From positions 16,616,001-16,680,000 of the forward strand of contig NC_043010.1 of the NCBI RefSeq assembly GCF_006345805.1: 64,000 nucleotides of DNA, read 5' to 3'. The notes beneath the pieces are model-generated. The model saw only the letters and a program-made list of their open reading frames with translations. It did no database searches and was not told the DNA's origin. Of this stretch, positions 40,236-52,426 are shown one piece after another. The stretch is from Octopus sinensis. Taxonomy: Eukaryota. The position numbers and the translations under genes were made by a program. The first letter of the stretch is position 1. Every line of letters starts with the position of its first letter.

Positions 40236-41492
40236 CACAGGGCTTGGACAAAATAATGGCATCATAGCATCATAATTTTGAAATATCTATAAAACTGTCA
40301 AAAGCTTGTTTAATTTTATGATTTTTGATTTATTATTAGTGTTGCTTTATATGTTTTGCTAAAATTGCTGTTTCTTTTGAGATATCATCAGAAAAAGGTA
40401 ATTAAAATTTATTAAAATGCCAGATCTGTCGGACTTTCAAAGAGGTCACATTGTTGGTGCTCGTAAGGCAGGCACTAGCATAACAGAAACAGCCAAAATG
40501 TTTGGTGTATCAAGAAGTACTGTCTCGAAAGTAATGACAGCCTTTGAGAAAGAGTGAAAAACCTCCTCGTTGAAACAAAACACCGGAAGAATACCAAAAC
40601 TTTCAGATAGGAACTGTCAGACTCTTACACAAATTGTTAGAAAGGATCACAAAAGTACAGCTCCCAAAATTACTGTAGAGAACCTCGAGAACCCATTTTA
40701 CACAAAAATTGTTTGCTGGGAACTGCACAAAGCCAGATTTCACAGGTGGGCTGCAATCAGAAAACCACTACTTTCAAAAACAAACGTTGCAAAGCATTTA
40801 GAGTGGAGCAAAAACTTACAGAATTGGTCCCTAGAGCAGTGGAAGAATGTTATTTTCTTAGATGAGTCATCCTTTACCCTATTTACGACCTCCGGCCGAG
40901 TATACATGTGGAGACAGCTAAAAGAAGCATTTGACCCAGACTGCTTTCTTCCAACTGTTAAATATGGAGGAGGATCTGTGATGATCTAGGGGGCTATATC
41001 TTGGAAATCTGCCAGCCTAGTAGTTTCTCTTCATGGCAGAATAAATACTCAAGACTATTTAAGCATTTTATCTGATCAAATTCATCCTATGGTTGCGGAA
41101 CTGTTTCCGGGGGGAAACACAATCTTTGAGGATGATAATGCACCAATTCACTCAGCTAAAGTTGTTACTGAATGGTAGAAGGAACATTCTCGTGAAGTTA
41201 AACATCTTATCTGGCCGCCACAGTCCCCAGCTCTCAATATTATTGAACATTTATGGTGCATTTTAGAAAAACAAGTAAGGAGTCGATATCCTCCACCATC
41301 ATCACTACAAGAACTGGAGACTGTTTTAGCTGAAGAATGGACAAGAATTCTTTTGGAAACAATTCAAACTTTGTACGAGTCCATACCTTGTAGAATTCAA
41401 GCTGTAATTACTGCCAAAAGCAGTCCTACCCTATATCAAAATAAATTTGTTTGAAATTTTAAGGTGTTTCCATTATTTTGTCTAACCCCTGT

Positions 41493-41493
<1 letters not shown>
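40236..41493 (+). mobile_element. Full-length Tc1-type transposon with DD36E spacing (Incomer-like); transposase has three nonsense codons
   Basis: TA-flanked TIRs cacagggcttggacaaaataatgg / ccattattttgtctaacccctgtg. The frame from ATG 40417 reads MPDLSDFQRG...WKNVIFLDES...EDDNAPIHSAKVVTEW*KEHSREVKHLIWPPQSPALNIIE, with 36 residues between D and E. Confidence 0.92.
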
Positions 41494-41528
<35 letters not shown>

Positions 41529-42382
41529 TTGTATATAGTATGGGTAGATGGAGAACACCAGTTTGACTGAATTTTATTGGTCAACAGCAGTCGGATGGTT
41601 GGGTACATCATCAACTTAGCAGAGAGTGTTGGGAGTGGGTGGGGTAAGATCTGGCGATTTGGCAGAAAATGACATGGATGAGTGACACTTGCAGCTGATT
41701 GACCTTTTCACAAGGGAGGTTACTGGGATTGGACTGAAAAATAAATCCATAACAAATATTTGATAGCAAAAAGATAAAGTCTTAAATCTGTTATTCTCCA
41801 GTCTTGTTAGTTGGGTCATAATGTGTAATTTTTCTGATAAACATGAAGAGTATCATCATACTCCCTCTCTTTATCTATCTATCTATCTATCCACACATAC
41901 ATACATACACATACACACACACAGATATATATGTGTGTATGTGTGTGAGAAAGAAAGACAAGCAGATAGGCAGAGAAAACAACAGGGATAGATATAATGA
42001 AGCTAGACTGTTTAGCTGTGCATTTTAATGGAAACACACTTTAAGTATTAAATAAACAGGAACAGCAACAACAGCATCAGCCACACTAAAACCTGGAAAT
42101 GCCTACAGTTAGAGCTGAATGAAAAATGAAGATGAACAACAAGAGAAGCAGCAGATCGAAACAACAACAACAACAACAACAACAAAAATAGCGGAAAATA
42201 GCACCAAGAAGAGCAGCGAAAGGAAGGAGGTGTAAGATTGAAGGAAAATGGAAGTATAAAAGAAGACGCTGACAAAAACAGATGAAAATGCCGTCAGACC
42301 GATCAAAGAAGCTCGGAACATCTACTTAAAACCAATCAAAACCAAACATCTCATCATCAGGCTTAAAACATGTTTTGTATGC

Positions 42383-42433
<51 letters not shown>

Positions 42434-42712
42434 TGTTTGTGTGTGCGTGTGTCTGCATTTCCTTCCTTTTTCAAACTCGCTCACTCTCTCCATCAACGTT
42501 TATGTAATCTTCTCTTATTTGTGGCTCATTTTTCTCTCTGCACCTCTTTCTATGTCATAAACTACCTCTTTACTTGTTAGTCTATCATCCTCTCTAACAA
42601 TACAATTACCTACCTCTGTATCTAAATATATATATATATATATATATATTAACCAATCTCTATTGATCTATCAACCATGCTACACCTCTCTTTCTCTTTT
42701 TCCCTCTCTCCC

Positions 42713-42759
<47 letters not shown>

Positions 42760-42760
42760 C

Positions 42761-42791
<31 letters not shown>

Positions 42792-44399
42792 TGTGTATAT
42801 CACTCACTATATTGATATTCTCTCCACTGCTCTCTCTCCCTCTCTGTTCTATCTACTTCGTTTCATGCACACTCTCCCTCCACCCAATTATACACATATC
42901 GATCAGTGTGTCTTGCTTATGCAGTCTTTCTCCAATCTTTTGCATTTCCTCAATGAACTTAAACCAAAGTATAACAGGAGAAAAAGGAAAAAAAAATATA
43001 ACAAACAACAACAACAACAACAACAAAAAAACAACCAATCAAGAAAATAAAATAAATTACAAATGTGAAGAGGAAAATAAATCAATAAATTATGATAGGA
43101 GGGTGGGGGGGAGAAGTTTAATGAAGAGAAATAAAAATTGAAAACGAAAAACTGATAAGGAAAAACAAAACTAAAATGCTGCTATTATGTTCACGGCCAA
43201 CCCCCAAAACTGTTCAATGTTCAATAGAAGACAAAATAAATAATTTATCGATTGTGTTGTTGTTGTTTTTAATGTGTTTTTGTTGCAGTTTTAAATTCAA
43301 ATTTAAAACAAAAGAATTTTTAATCCCTCAACAGTGCTTCAAGAGGAATGGAAAGATTAAACTTTGACAGACCCCAAATGTCACCAGGGCAGCTCCGACC
43401 CTTTTCAGTTTTTGTACCTTTTGCAAACAAAAGTTTGCTTTTAATGATCATCCTTTGAAACAGAAATTCTTTCGGATACTTGTCATGCCACCCTCTTTCA
43501 CCTTCTCGCTTAATTCCTTCTCCAATTTCATTCTTTGTTGTTCTTTATATATATCGTTTCATTTATTGTTTTCTGTTGCTTATTTCCCCTTCCCACCTCT
43601 CTCTCTCTTCCTCCTCTCTTTTACACCATTTCCAATTCATTTCTGTCCAAGTATGTTTCCCTGTTCTGTTTCCTATTTTCTTTAAATATTTACCATTTTC
43701 CATTTATCTAATACTTTCTCCACACACACACCATTTATCAAAACCATTTTCTCTCAATGTTTGCCCTACCCCCCCACCTCCTTAGTCTCTCTTTCTCTGT
43801 TCCTCTTGTCTCCCTCTATCTCTCACACTCCCCTTTCTCTCTCTCCCTTTCTTTATTTTCTCTCTCATATTCCTCTCCCCCCTACCTCTCTCCACTTTCG
43901 GTCCATTTCAGGTTTTACTCTTTGCCTTCTTAATTCTTTCTCATTTACAATCTTCTCCTTTTACTCTCCAATTTCCTCTTACACTCAACACCTCTTTCTC
44001 TCTCTCTCTCTCCCTCCCTCTGTTTCCTCTCACCCATTTTGCCTCCAACTCCACCCCCACTCAGGCCCCACACAAACCACCATGTCAAATCCTTTCTCCT
44101 TTGGACAGAATGTCAACCCTCTGGAATCCCTTCCCACAACTGCTCACTTTTTAATTTTACTTGTTTCAGTCATTGGACTATGACCAGGCTGAGGCACCAC
44201 ATTGAAGGGTGTGTGTATATATATATATATATATATATGCTATATTAAATCTCTGAGTGAGATATAAATAGTAGCAATACGGAATCATAACATTTAATTG
44301 CCAACCAAGTGTGGTGTCCTATACAGGACAGTGCTACTGACATTTATAGCTCCAGGAAGACATCTCTTCCAGCTGGCTAACGACACACATTTGTGTCCG

Positions 44400-44795
44400 A
44401 TTAGTATACTTGGTTGGCAAAAATCAAATTTGCTGACTGGCATCCGTGCTAGCGGGGTGCAAAGAGCACCATACGAGTGTGATTGTTGACAGAGCAGCTA
44501 ACAGGCTTCCATGCCAGTGGCACATAAAAGGCACCATTCGAGTGTGATCGTTACCAGCGTCGCCTTACTGGCACTTGTGCCCATGCTAGTAGGGTGCTAA
44601 GAGCACCATCCAAGCATGATCGTTGCCAGAGCGGCTAACTAGCTTCCGTGCTGGTGGCACGTAAAAGGCACCATTCGAGTGTGATCATCACCAGCGTTGC
44701 CTTACTGGCACCTATGCCGGTGGCATGTGTGAAAAGATTCGAGCGAGGTCATTGCTAACACGGAAAGCGGATGTTAAACGATGATGATGATGATA
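44400..44795 (+). mobile_element. RTE-tail family element with internal tandem subunits
   Basis: Repeated gcaccat(t/c)c(g/a)ag(t/c)(g/a)tgatc...gtggca units and a (GAT)n tail. Confidence 0.7.
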
Positions 44796-44806
44796 TATAT
44801 ATAGAT

Positions 44807-45183
44807 ATAGACATCACTAAAATAAATAAGGGTGCTAGTCAGCACCAGCATTGCTAGAAATATGAATATAGTTTAGCCATGGGGAAGCACTTATCTAATG
44901 ACTGACAAAGGAGACAAGCTCCCTACAGCAAGCAAGACAGAGCCAGATCATCGATGATTTCGGATTTGATTAATCCTCATCAGTGATTCTCACCCAGTTG
45001 CTGAGGGTTAAAGCTAACTCACTTTGTCAGTTTATAGAAATCAGAGGCTGATTCCATAAATGGTAAAAGTGAAAATTGTAAATTATTAAAGTAGTTTATT
45101 TGCAATTCACAACCAAAAGGCACAAGTATAGATGTCACTAAGGTGACCAAGGCTGCTAGTCAGTGCCAGCATTGCTAGAAATA
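44807..45183 (-). mobile_element. Hammerhead-containing unit with ~56-bp terminal direct repeats (period 321 bp); non-LTR-retrozyme or Penelope pLTR-like
   Basis: Direct repeats 44807-44862 and 45128-45183 (about 80% identical by eye) bracket the ribozyme. No ORF. Confidence 0.5.
44939..44990 (-). ncRNA. Type I hammerhead ribozyme
   Basis: Minus strand reads AGAAUCA-CUGAUGA-GGAUU(AAUCA)AAUCC-GAAA-UCAU(CG)AUGA-UC|UGGCUCU. All core nucleotides are present. Stem II has 5 bp with G10.1-C11.1, stem III is palindromic, the cleavage triplet is AUC, and stem I has 6 of 7 pairs. Confidence 0.82.
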
Positions 45184-45195
45184 AGAGAACAACAA

Positions 45196-46396
45196 TTAGG
45201 TTGGCAAGAAAGTAATTTCGGTTTTTTAATGTGAAGTAAAAGTCATTTAATCAATTATATATTTTCCATTTTGTTTGATGATCTTTTGCCATCATTCTAA
45301 CAACATCATGATTCTGCACTCATTGACCTTCTGACCCTTATCAGCCAAAAACTGAAGCAAGTGTGATTTTAGGTCATCGTCATTATTAAAAGTTTTACCT
45401 TTCAAAGAATTTTGCAAACTTCAAAATAAATGGTAATCTGATAGTGACATCACTTCCCAACCAAGCTCCAATGATTTTTCACAAGTTAGCAAAGACATGT
45501 GTGGTCTAGCGTTATAATTGTGGAACACGATTCCTTTACGATTTGCTGATTCTAGCTGTTTTTCTTTTATTGCTTCCTCCAGTTTCATTAGTTGTTGACA
45601 GTAAACATCTGAATTGATTGTTTGGTTCCTTGGAAGCAGCTCAAAATACACAACACCTTTGTAATCTTACCAAATTGACAGCATGGCCTTTTTTGATGCA
45701 GTTCAGCTTTTGATGTGGTTTGTGCTGTTATTGTAGACAATCCACTTTTCATCACCAATGATGATTCGTTTAAAAAAATAGGTTGATTTCATTGTGTTTG
45801 AGATGCATATTGAAAATATTGATTCGTTGTGTTAAGTGAATCTCTTTCAGTTTATGTGGAACTCAAATATCGAGCTTCTTAATGAGTCAAAGTCATTTTA
45901 AGTGATTTTCAATTGTTATGTGTGATACATTTAACCTCTCTGCAATCTCTCGCGCAGTTATATGACAATCAGATTCAATTATGGCTTTGATTCGGTCATC
46001 ATCAACTTCGGGAGGCTGACCAAAATATTAGTCATCATTGAGTGAAAAATTTCCAGAAGGGAATTTTTTAAAACCATTTCTGACATGAGCATTCTGTTCA
46101 GCAATCAACACCATAAACTTCACATATCACTTTGTGAGGCTCAGCACCTTTCTTGCCTTTACAGAAATAAAAAAAAAAGCAAATTATGGCGAAAATGTTT
46201 GTTTTTGCATTCCATGTTAAAATTGGCACTGAACTAACAGCTGTAAACAAAATTACGTACAATTTGCTTTTAAAGTAAGCTAAAAGTAATGACCATCAAT
46301 TGTCAAAAGGAAGAATCATAACATTGACAAAAGTAATTTAAAAAATTGTAACTCTATCTACTTGCGAAAAACGAAATTAGTTTCTTGCCAACCCAA
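45196..46396 (-). mobile_element. Decayed mariner element (mellifera-like sequence)
   Basis: TIRs ttaggttggcaagaaagtaatttcg / cgaaattagtttcttgccaacccaa. ORF 45421-45651 contains YCQQLMKL..IKEK...KGIVFH.NARPH...LGWEV...DYHLF. Confidence 0.88.
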
Positions 46397-46588
46397 TATA
46401 TATATATATATGTCTACACTCGCGGAGTGGTTGGCGTTAGGAAGGGCATCCAGGTGTAGAAACACTGCCAGATCAGACTGGAGCCTGGTGCAGCCTCCTG
46501 GCTTCCCAGACCCCGGTCGAACCGTCCAACCCGTGCTAGCGCAGAAAACGGACGTTAAATGATGATGATGATGATATATATATTTATA

Positions 46589-47804
46589 TTAGGTTGTTTC
46601 ACATGAGACGTCATATTTGAAAGGTAACAATAAAATGTTTGCGAAGTGTTAGAAAACTGATTTATTTAATCAAAGTATGATCCATGTTCATTTATGACCT
46701 TTACCCAACACTTCTCTGTGTCATATATTCCATCTTTAAAAAGAAATTCATCTTTTGCTGTGATAAACCGTCCGTATGCTTCATTTACCTCTTCTCTATT
46801 TAAGAATGTTTTATTGCTTATGAAAAGCCAAACATACTTAAATAAGTGATGATCAGTAGGAGAGATATCAGGGGAACAGAGAGGATGTTGCAAAATCTCA
46901 TAATTTAGGCTTTGCAACTTTTGGACCGTAGCTTGAGGAGTGTGAGGACGTGCATTGTTGTGGAGCAACATTGGGTCATCTCTATTCACTAGTCTGGGTT
47001 GCTTCTTTTTCAAATTCTCATGCATACACTCAGTTTCCTGTTGCAAAAATGAATAATGAATAACTTCCTTCGCAGACTACCATACAGTGACCACAAACTT
47101 TTTAGGGTGCAATGGTGGGTTTGGGTAGTGTTTAGGTGATTCCCCTGCATCTAATTACTGTCCTGTTCTGCTGCTGTTGTCAAAGAGTATCCATTTCTCA
47201 TCACAAGTAACGATTTCATGCAAAACTGGTCTTTTTCCAGTTGATAAAGCAGTAAGGAGTACACTTTGATGTGTATGTTTTTTTGAATCTCATTCATTTG
47301 ATGTGGAACAAACATCCATTTTCTTGAATTTTCCAATTTTTTACAGGTGTCCAAAAACAGTTATGTGAGATGTTTGGAGTTCTGACGGAAGTTTCCGAAC
47401 CTTTTTTCTCGGATTTTGTTCAACCAAAGCATTTAATCCATCATGACGAATAACTGATTTTGGCCTACTCCTTGGTCTATTTCCAAGGCTATCATCTCCT
47501 GAACGAGAGCTTTGGAACCATCTCTGAACAGTTCTGATGTCAACAAAACCATTACTAAAGGCCCACTTAATAGTCTGTAGAGTTTCTGCAGCAGAGTGAC
47601 CCATTTTGTACTCATACGAGAAAATCGTTCAACATAGTTTGGTTGTTATCATTTTCATAAGGTCTGTGGGTACGAATTCTGTATACCAATATTGTTGGGA
47701 AAGAAAAAGAGTCAAGATTAAAGGTAAGGCATACATAATTGAGTTTTTAAATGACTGAAATAACAAGTAATTAAAAATGCAACATTTCATGTGAAATAAC
47801 CTAA
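46589..47804 (-). mobile_element. Decayed mariner element (DD34D spacing, Hsmar1/cecropia-like sequence)
   Basis: TA-flanked TIRs ttaggttgtttcacatg / catgtgaaataacctaa. ORFs 47341-47604 (HTH: AETLQTI...RTVQRWF) and 46666-47046 (LLHNNARPH...SPDISPTDHHLF...GSYFD). Confidence 0.9.
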
Positions 47805-47811
47805 TATATAT

Positions 47812-47865
<54 letters not shown>

Positions 47866-48143
47866 ATCATCATCATCATCGTTTAATGTCCATTTTCCAT
47901 GCTGGCATGGGTTGGATGGTTTGACTGGGGTCTGGGAAGCCAGGAGGCTATACCAGGCTCCAGTCTGATCTGGCAGTGTTTCTACAGCTGGATGCCCTTC
48001 CTAACACCAACTACTCCGAAAGTGTAGTGGGTGCTTTTTACATGCCACTGGCACAGGGGCCAGAGGAGGCTGGCATCGACATATAGACACACACACACAT
48101 ATATATATGTATGTATGTACATGTGTGTATGTATATATATATA

Positions 48144-49452
48144 CATAGGTTGTGCTGAATAAATTGTAACCTAAATATCTAAGTTATGTACAAATGAAAA
48201 TAACATTGACATCTCATTTTAAAAGATACATTTACCAAAATTACATAAAAATATCTTGAAATATTAAAGAGTAAATTTATTCAGTAAAATTGCCATTGGC
48301 TTCAACCAGGGCCTCCAGACAATTTCGGAATATCCTGCAACTCTTCTGGATGGTCTCCTTGTTTAAGTTGGTGAATGCTGCCATAATCCTTGCCTTCAGT
48401 TCATCTTTGGTTTTACAAAGACTTTTTTTGGTCTCTTGCTCAGCTGCGTTCCATGCATAATAATCAAGAGAGTTGCAGTGTGGGGAGTTAGGTGGCCAGA
48501 TGTTAGGGTGATGTGGTCGCAGAAATTGCCTAGCAGCCATAACTTGGTTTCACCTGCTTGTGCGGTATAGTACAGAGTCCTGTTGCCAGACATAGGGTCT
48601 TCCAGCAGCCACCCTCTTGATCCAGGGCAGCACTACCTCCTCCAGGCACTTGATGTAGGCCTCCATGTCGAGTCTGAAGCCGTGTGGGAAGATGAATGGA
48701 GGCATAACGTCGCCATCACTAGTGATCACTCCAAACACCATGATGTTGACTGGATGTTTGATTTTTATCAGTTTCTATACATGTTTTGGGGACATGGTAA
48801 GCCAATGGTTGTTCTGTATGTTCACTGTCTGATCTTGGCAGAGATTTTTCCTGTAAAGCCAAAGCATGTTTGGTTGGAGGGGATGCTTGCATTTGTTCAA
48901 AAGCTTCGTAGCATGGTCTTTCCTCTTGTCCTTGATGGCTTTAGGATAAAAATTGGCCCTTCTTCATCTTGTATGAGGAATACTGAATGTCTTCATACAT
49001 TACCTGCATGATAAGAAACTCAGACACTCCCATGTCCCTGGCGATGGGCCTGACTGACTTGGAGGGATTGTTGTCCATCACAGCCTGGATCTCACCAACA
49101 GATTCAGGAGTTCTTTTCTTATCGGAATGATCAGAGTGAGTTTTCCAAGCTGCCATACCTTCATAATCACCATTACATTCATCCAACTCTATCTGAATTC
49201 TCTGTACTGTCCTCAGATTGACACCCAAACACTCTGAAATGTTTGCATTGGAGCTTCTGGCACGAATGTCAAGCAATACAGCATGTCATTTCCAAATTTC
49301 TGGCAGAGTGAACTGCATCATGGTGCTGTTTTTTTTTTCACAGACGGTGTCCAACTGACCCTACTATACTGTGTAGTTGAAAAATAAAAAACAATGCACA
49401 TACGCAAAATTAAAAATGTAAGATGGCAACAATTTGTCCATCGCACCCAGTG
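48144..49452 (-). mobile_element. Defective maT-type (DD37D) Tc1/mariner DNA transposon, copy 2 (inverted relative to copy 1)
   Basis: ORFs 48941-49276, 48550-48741 and 48277-48540 are near-identical to the copy 1 fragments. TIRs at both ends. Confidence 0.9.
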
Positions 49453-49912
49453 TGTGTGTGTGATTGCAAGCTTGTGTTTGAGTATTTACATCACCTGATC
49501 GAAAGTCCCACACATGCAAGGGCTATGACCAGCCATCTTTGTGATAGGTCTTTTTTTCTTTCTTCAAATGATACCTGTGCATAATGATTTTTTATAGAGG
49601 GAAAGGATTTTCACAAAGCCAATCCCACTCCCTGAACATGGACAAAATAAACTCGAAAAGAAGAACTAGTCTACATCATCGGATATTGTCAGTGTCGCAG
49701 GTTTTCTCCGAGTTTTCCTCTCCTTGACAAATGTTATGACAATAACAGAGAGTCCTCCCACTCCCAGTGGGCCAACCGTGTGCCTGGACACTAACCCAGG
49801 TATTTTCACGCATGCATATTGTTGGATAGCCATTGACTGCTCTGGAGCCCTTCTCCCCTTTGACAGGTCTTATTTTTCGTCCTGCACAGTGTCCAACAAG
49901 TACCCTCCTCAC
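49453..49912 (-). repeat. Flank of maT copy 2, inverted duplicate of 38438-38913
   Basis: See 38438-38913. Confidence 0.9.
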
Positions 49913-50744
49913 CAAGCAAGCTTGATGGGGTTGCCAATTTAGTCACCGATGACCCAAACATGCAGCAGGTTGTACTGGGTTACATGTTACCAGTAGCATT
50001 CAAGAGCGACCTGACATAATATATATGTATATATATATGAAGAAGGGAACATTGAATTTTTGGAATAATAGATCTGTGAACCCTACTTAGTCAGTAGGGC
50101 CACTTCCTATGTCTTGTAAGTTCTACTCAATCAGAATTACACACCAACAACTACTAGAATATTTTTTTTTACTTGTTATGTTCTTATCAGGATTATGGAA
50201 TCAGTCCACTAAAACCTTAAACTCTGGCTCATCATTTGATGGTACTACCAACTCCATCTCCTCTAATTGGTAATTAGATTAATTACATACTTGTTACATT
50301 GCTTGGAAACACACAACATACCTAGCGAAATTGAATCATCAGACTCCCTAATATGTTAGAAATATGAGTTGAAAAGTTGCAGCTCTGCCGATGACACTTT
50401 TTCTTAGATTATTTATGGAAGGACTTTCAAAATAATTAAATAAAAGAAAGAACTTGCAAAATTGAAGAAAAAAAAATTATTTAAAAAATCTGTAAATAAG
50501 AATTATTTTGCAAAGGATTGGTAAGATGATCCCTCAAACTTGACTCACATCATGTTTTTAGATAAATTTCTAATAAATCCTCGTTTGTCGATGCCCAAAA
50601 TCTAATTTGATTACTTTCACTGCCACAAACAATCAAATCAAAATCAAGGAAAGTGGAAATTTTAATGCTTTACATTAGGATTTACATTTCAACAACAACA
50701 AGAGCAACAATCCAAAAGAAAGGAAGAAAATTTGGTCTTCTTAC

Positions 50745-50818
50745 TGGTTTCGGCAAAACTTTGAGCGTCAACTGGGCATTTTCCAACTGGTGATTGCTCT
50801 GTGTCAGTAACTGTACAC
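50745..50818 (-). CDS. Second coding exon (74 nt) completing the RRM-like domain
   Basis: Acceptor attctgttgtag|, donor CCA|gtaaga. It enters in phase 1 and exits in phase 0, exactly bridging exon 1 (phase 1) and the large exon (phase 0). It encodes (G)VQLLTQSNHQLENAQLTLKVLPKP, similar to the 'VL..xHxLxxxxLxVxP' end of such RRMs. Confidence 0.8.
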
Positions 50819-52426
50819 CTACAACAGAATGGTTAGATCTGAGAGTGTTGGTTGGTAGTATTAGTGCTAAGATTTGTTTCAAATTTTTGCACAAGGTCAG
50901 TTATTTTGGAAGAAGGCTCAACTGGTACTTTTTTTTATCAACCCCCAAATGGACAAACGACAAAAATAGCTTCAGCAGAATTTGAACTCAGAACATGAAA
51001 ATGGACAAAATGCTGTTAGGCATTTCATCTGGCATGCTAACAGTCTTGCCAGTTCGCTGCTTACTGCGTTGGTGATTATATTACTCTAGTGAGATGAGAT
51101 TTGTTTGGATGGTTGGATGGAGATGTGAAGTTCAGTTGGAGGTGTGGGTCAGAAAGGATTTTTTTATCCCTGTTAAAATGGCAAAAATTGATAAAGGGTC
51201 AAGGTAATAATGGTCAGCAAGTTTAGGACACTGAAGAGGTTTTCTCTGTTGACTCATTTTTTAAAAATATCTTTTAATATTTTTATGAAGAAAAGTACTG
51301 ACACCACAAAAAAGGCACCCAGTACACTCAGTAAAGTTGTTGGCATGAGGAAGAGAACCCTGCTGCAGGGACCATACAAAAGCTACAGACATGCAGCTCA
51401 GGTCAGGAAAACAAGCGTTATGAGATGCCACTTGAAGACTGTAAAGAATCTGGCTGGAGTGCAGTACACTTTCCTGTAGAAGTTGGATGGAGATGTTTTA
51501 TTAGAACCAGATTGAGACAGTGCCTGCTGTCATTTGGGTGTCAAACATTGGTAAGCAAATGCCACCTTGAAACAGATCCATGTGACAGTTAAGGGATCCA
51601 GCTAGAGAGGAGATGATCCTGAAATGGACTTAAGATTGAATACTAGTCAGTCAAACCAGTAAGTGGGGCCTCCATGAGCATGGGGCAATCAGTGTGTTGT
51701 AAAACTTTTGAGAGGAAAGTCCCTACTGGTATTTAATATGCAAAGTTTTCGACTGACTATGTTTGCACAAGCAAACTGTTTCCAAGTCTCTCCATGTTGC
51801 TATGGATCTTTATTTGTTTTTGATCCATTTTCCCACACAAGCATGGGTTAGAGGAATAAATTACTGAGGCTTTAATTTGCAGCCAGATGTCCTTCCTGTT
51901 GCTGGCTCTTGTCTGTATTTTCAAGTGAGGGATCTCCTATGTCACATATCCGCAAAGGTATTAAATGAGTGGATGATTTGTTGACAGAAGTGACAGCATC
52001 TGTATTGTTTGTAATTTGTGACTTAAATACAATGCAAATGTAAACACACACATGCACACAAACTCACACACACACACAAACACAGATGCATTAAGTGATC
52101 AACTGGCAAAGTCATTTGAGCTGAGCAGAGGTTGTTTTGCAATAATTTTTCTGGCTTTCTGTATTCTGAGCATCCCATCAAGGTTAACTTTGCCTTTCAT
52201 CCTTTGGGAATTGAAAAATAGAGTACTTCTCATGTACTGGGATCAATTCTCTCTCTTTCCCTTTCTGGAAAAAATCAGCTGTGTTCAGACATAGTGAAGA
52301 GTAGGTCTGCCAGATCTGAAGAGGAAAAGAAGGAAGGCAAAAACATACTGTATGTCACAGTGGCCTACTAGCAACTCCACAAGGAGTTGTGGGCCTAAAG
52401 CAGGGTGATGTGTGTGTGTGTATGTA

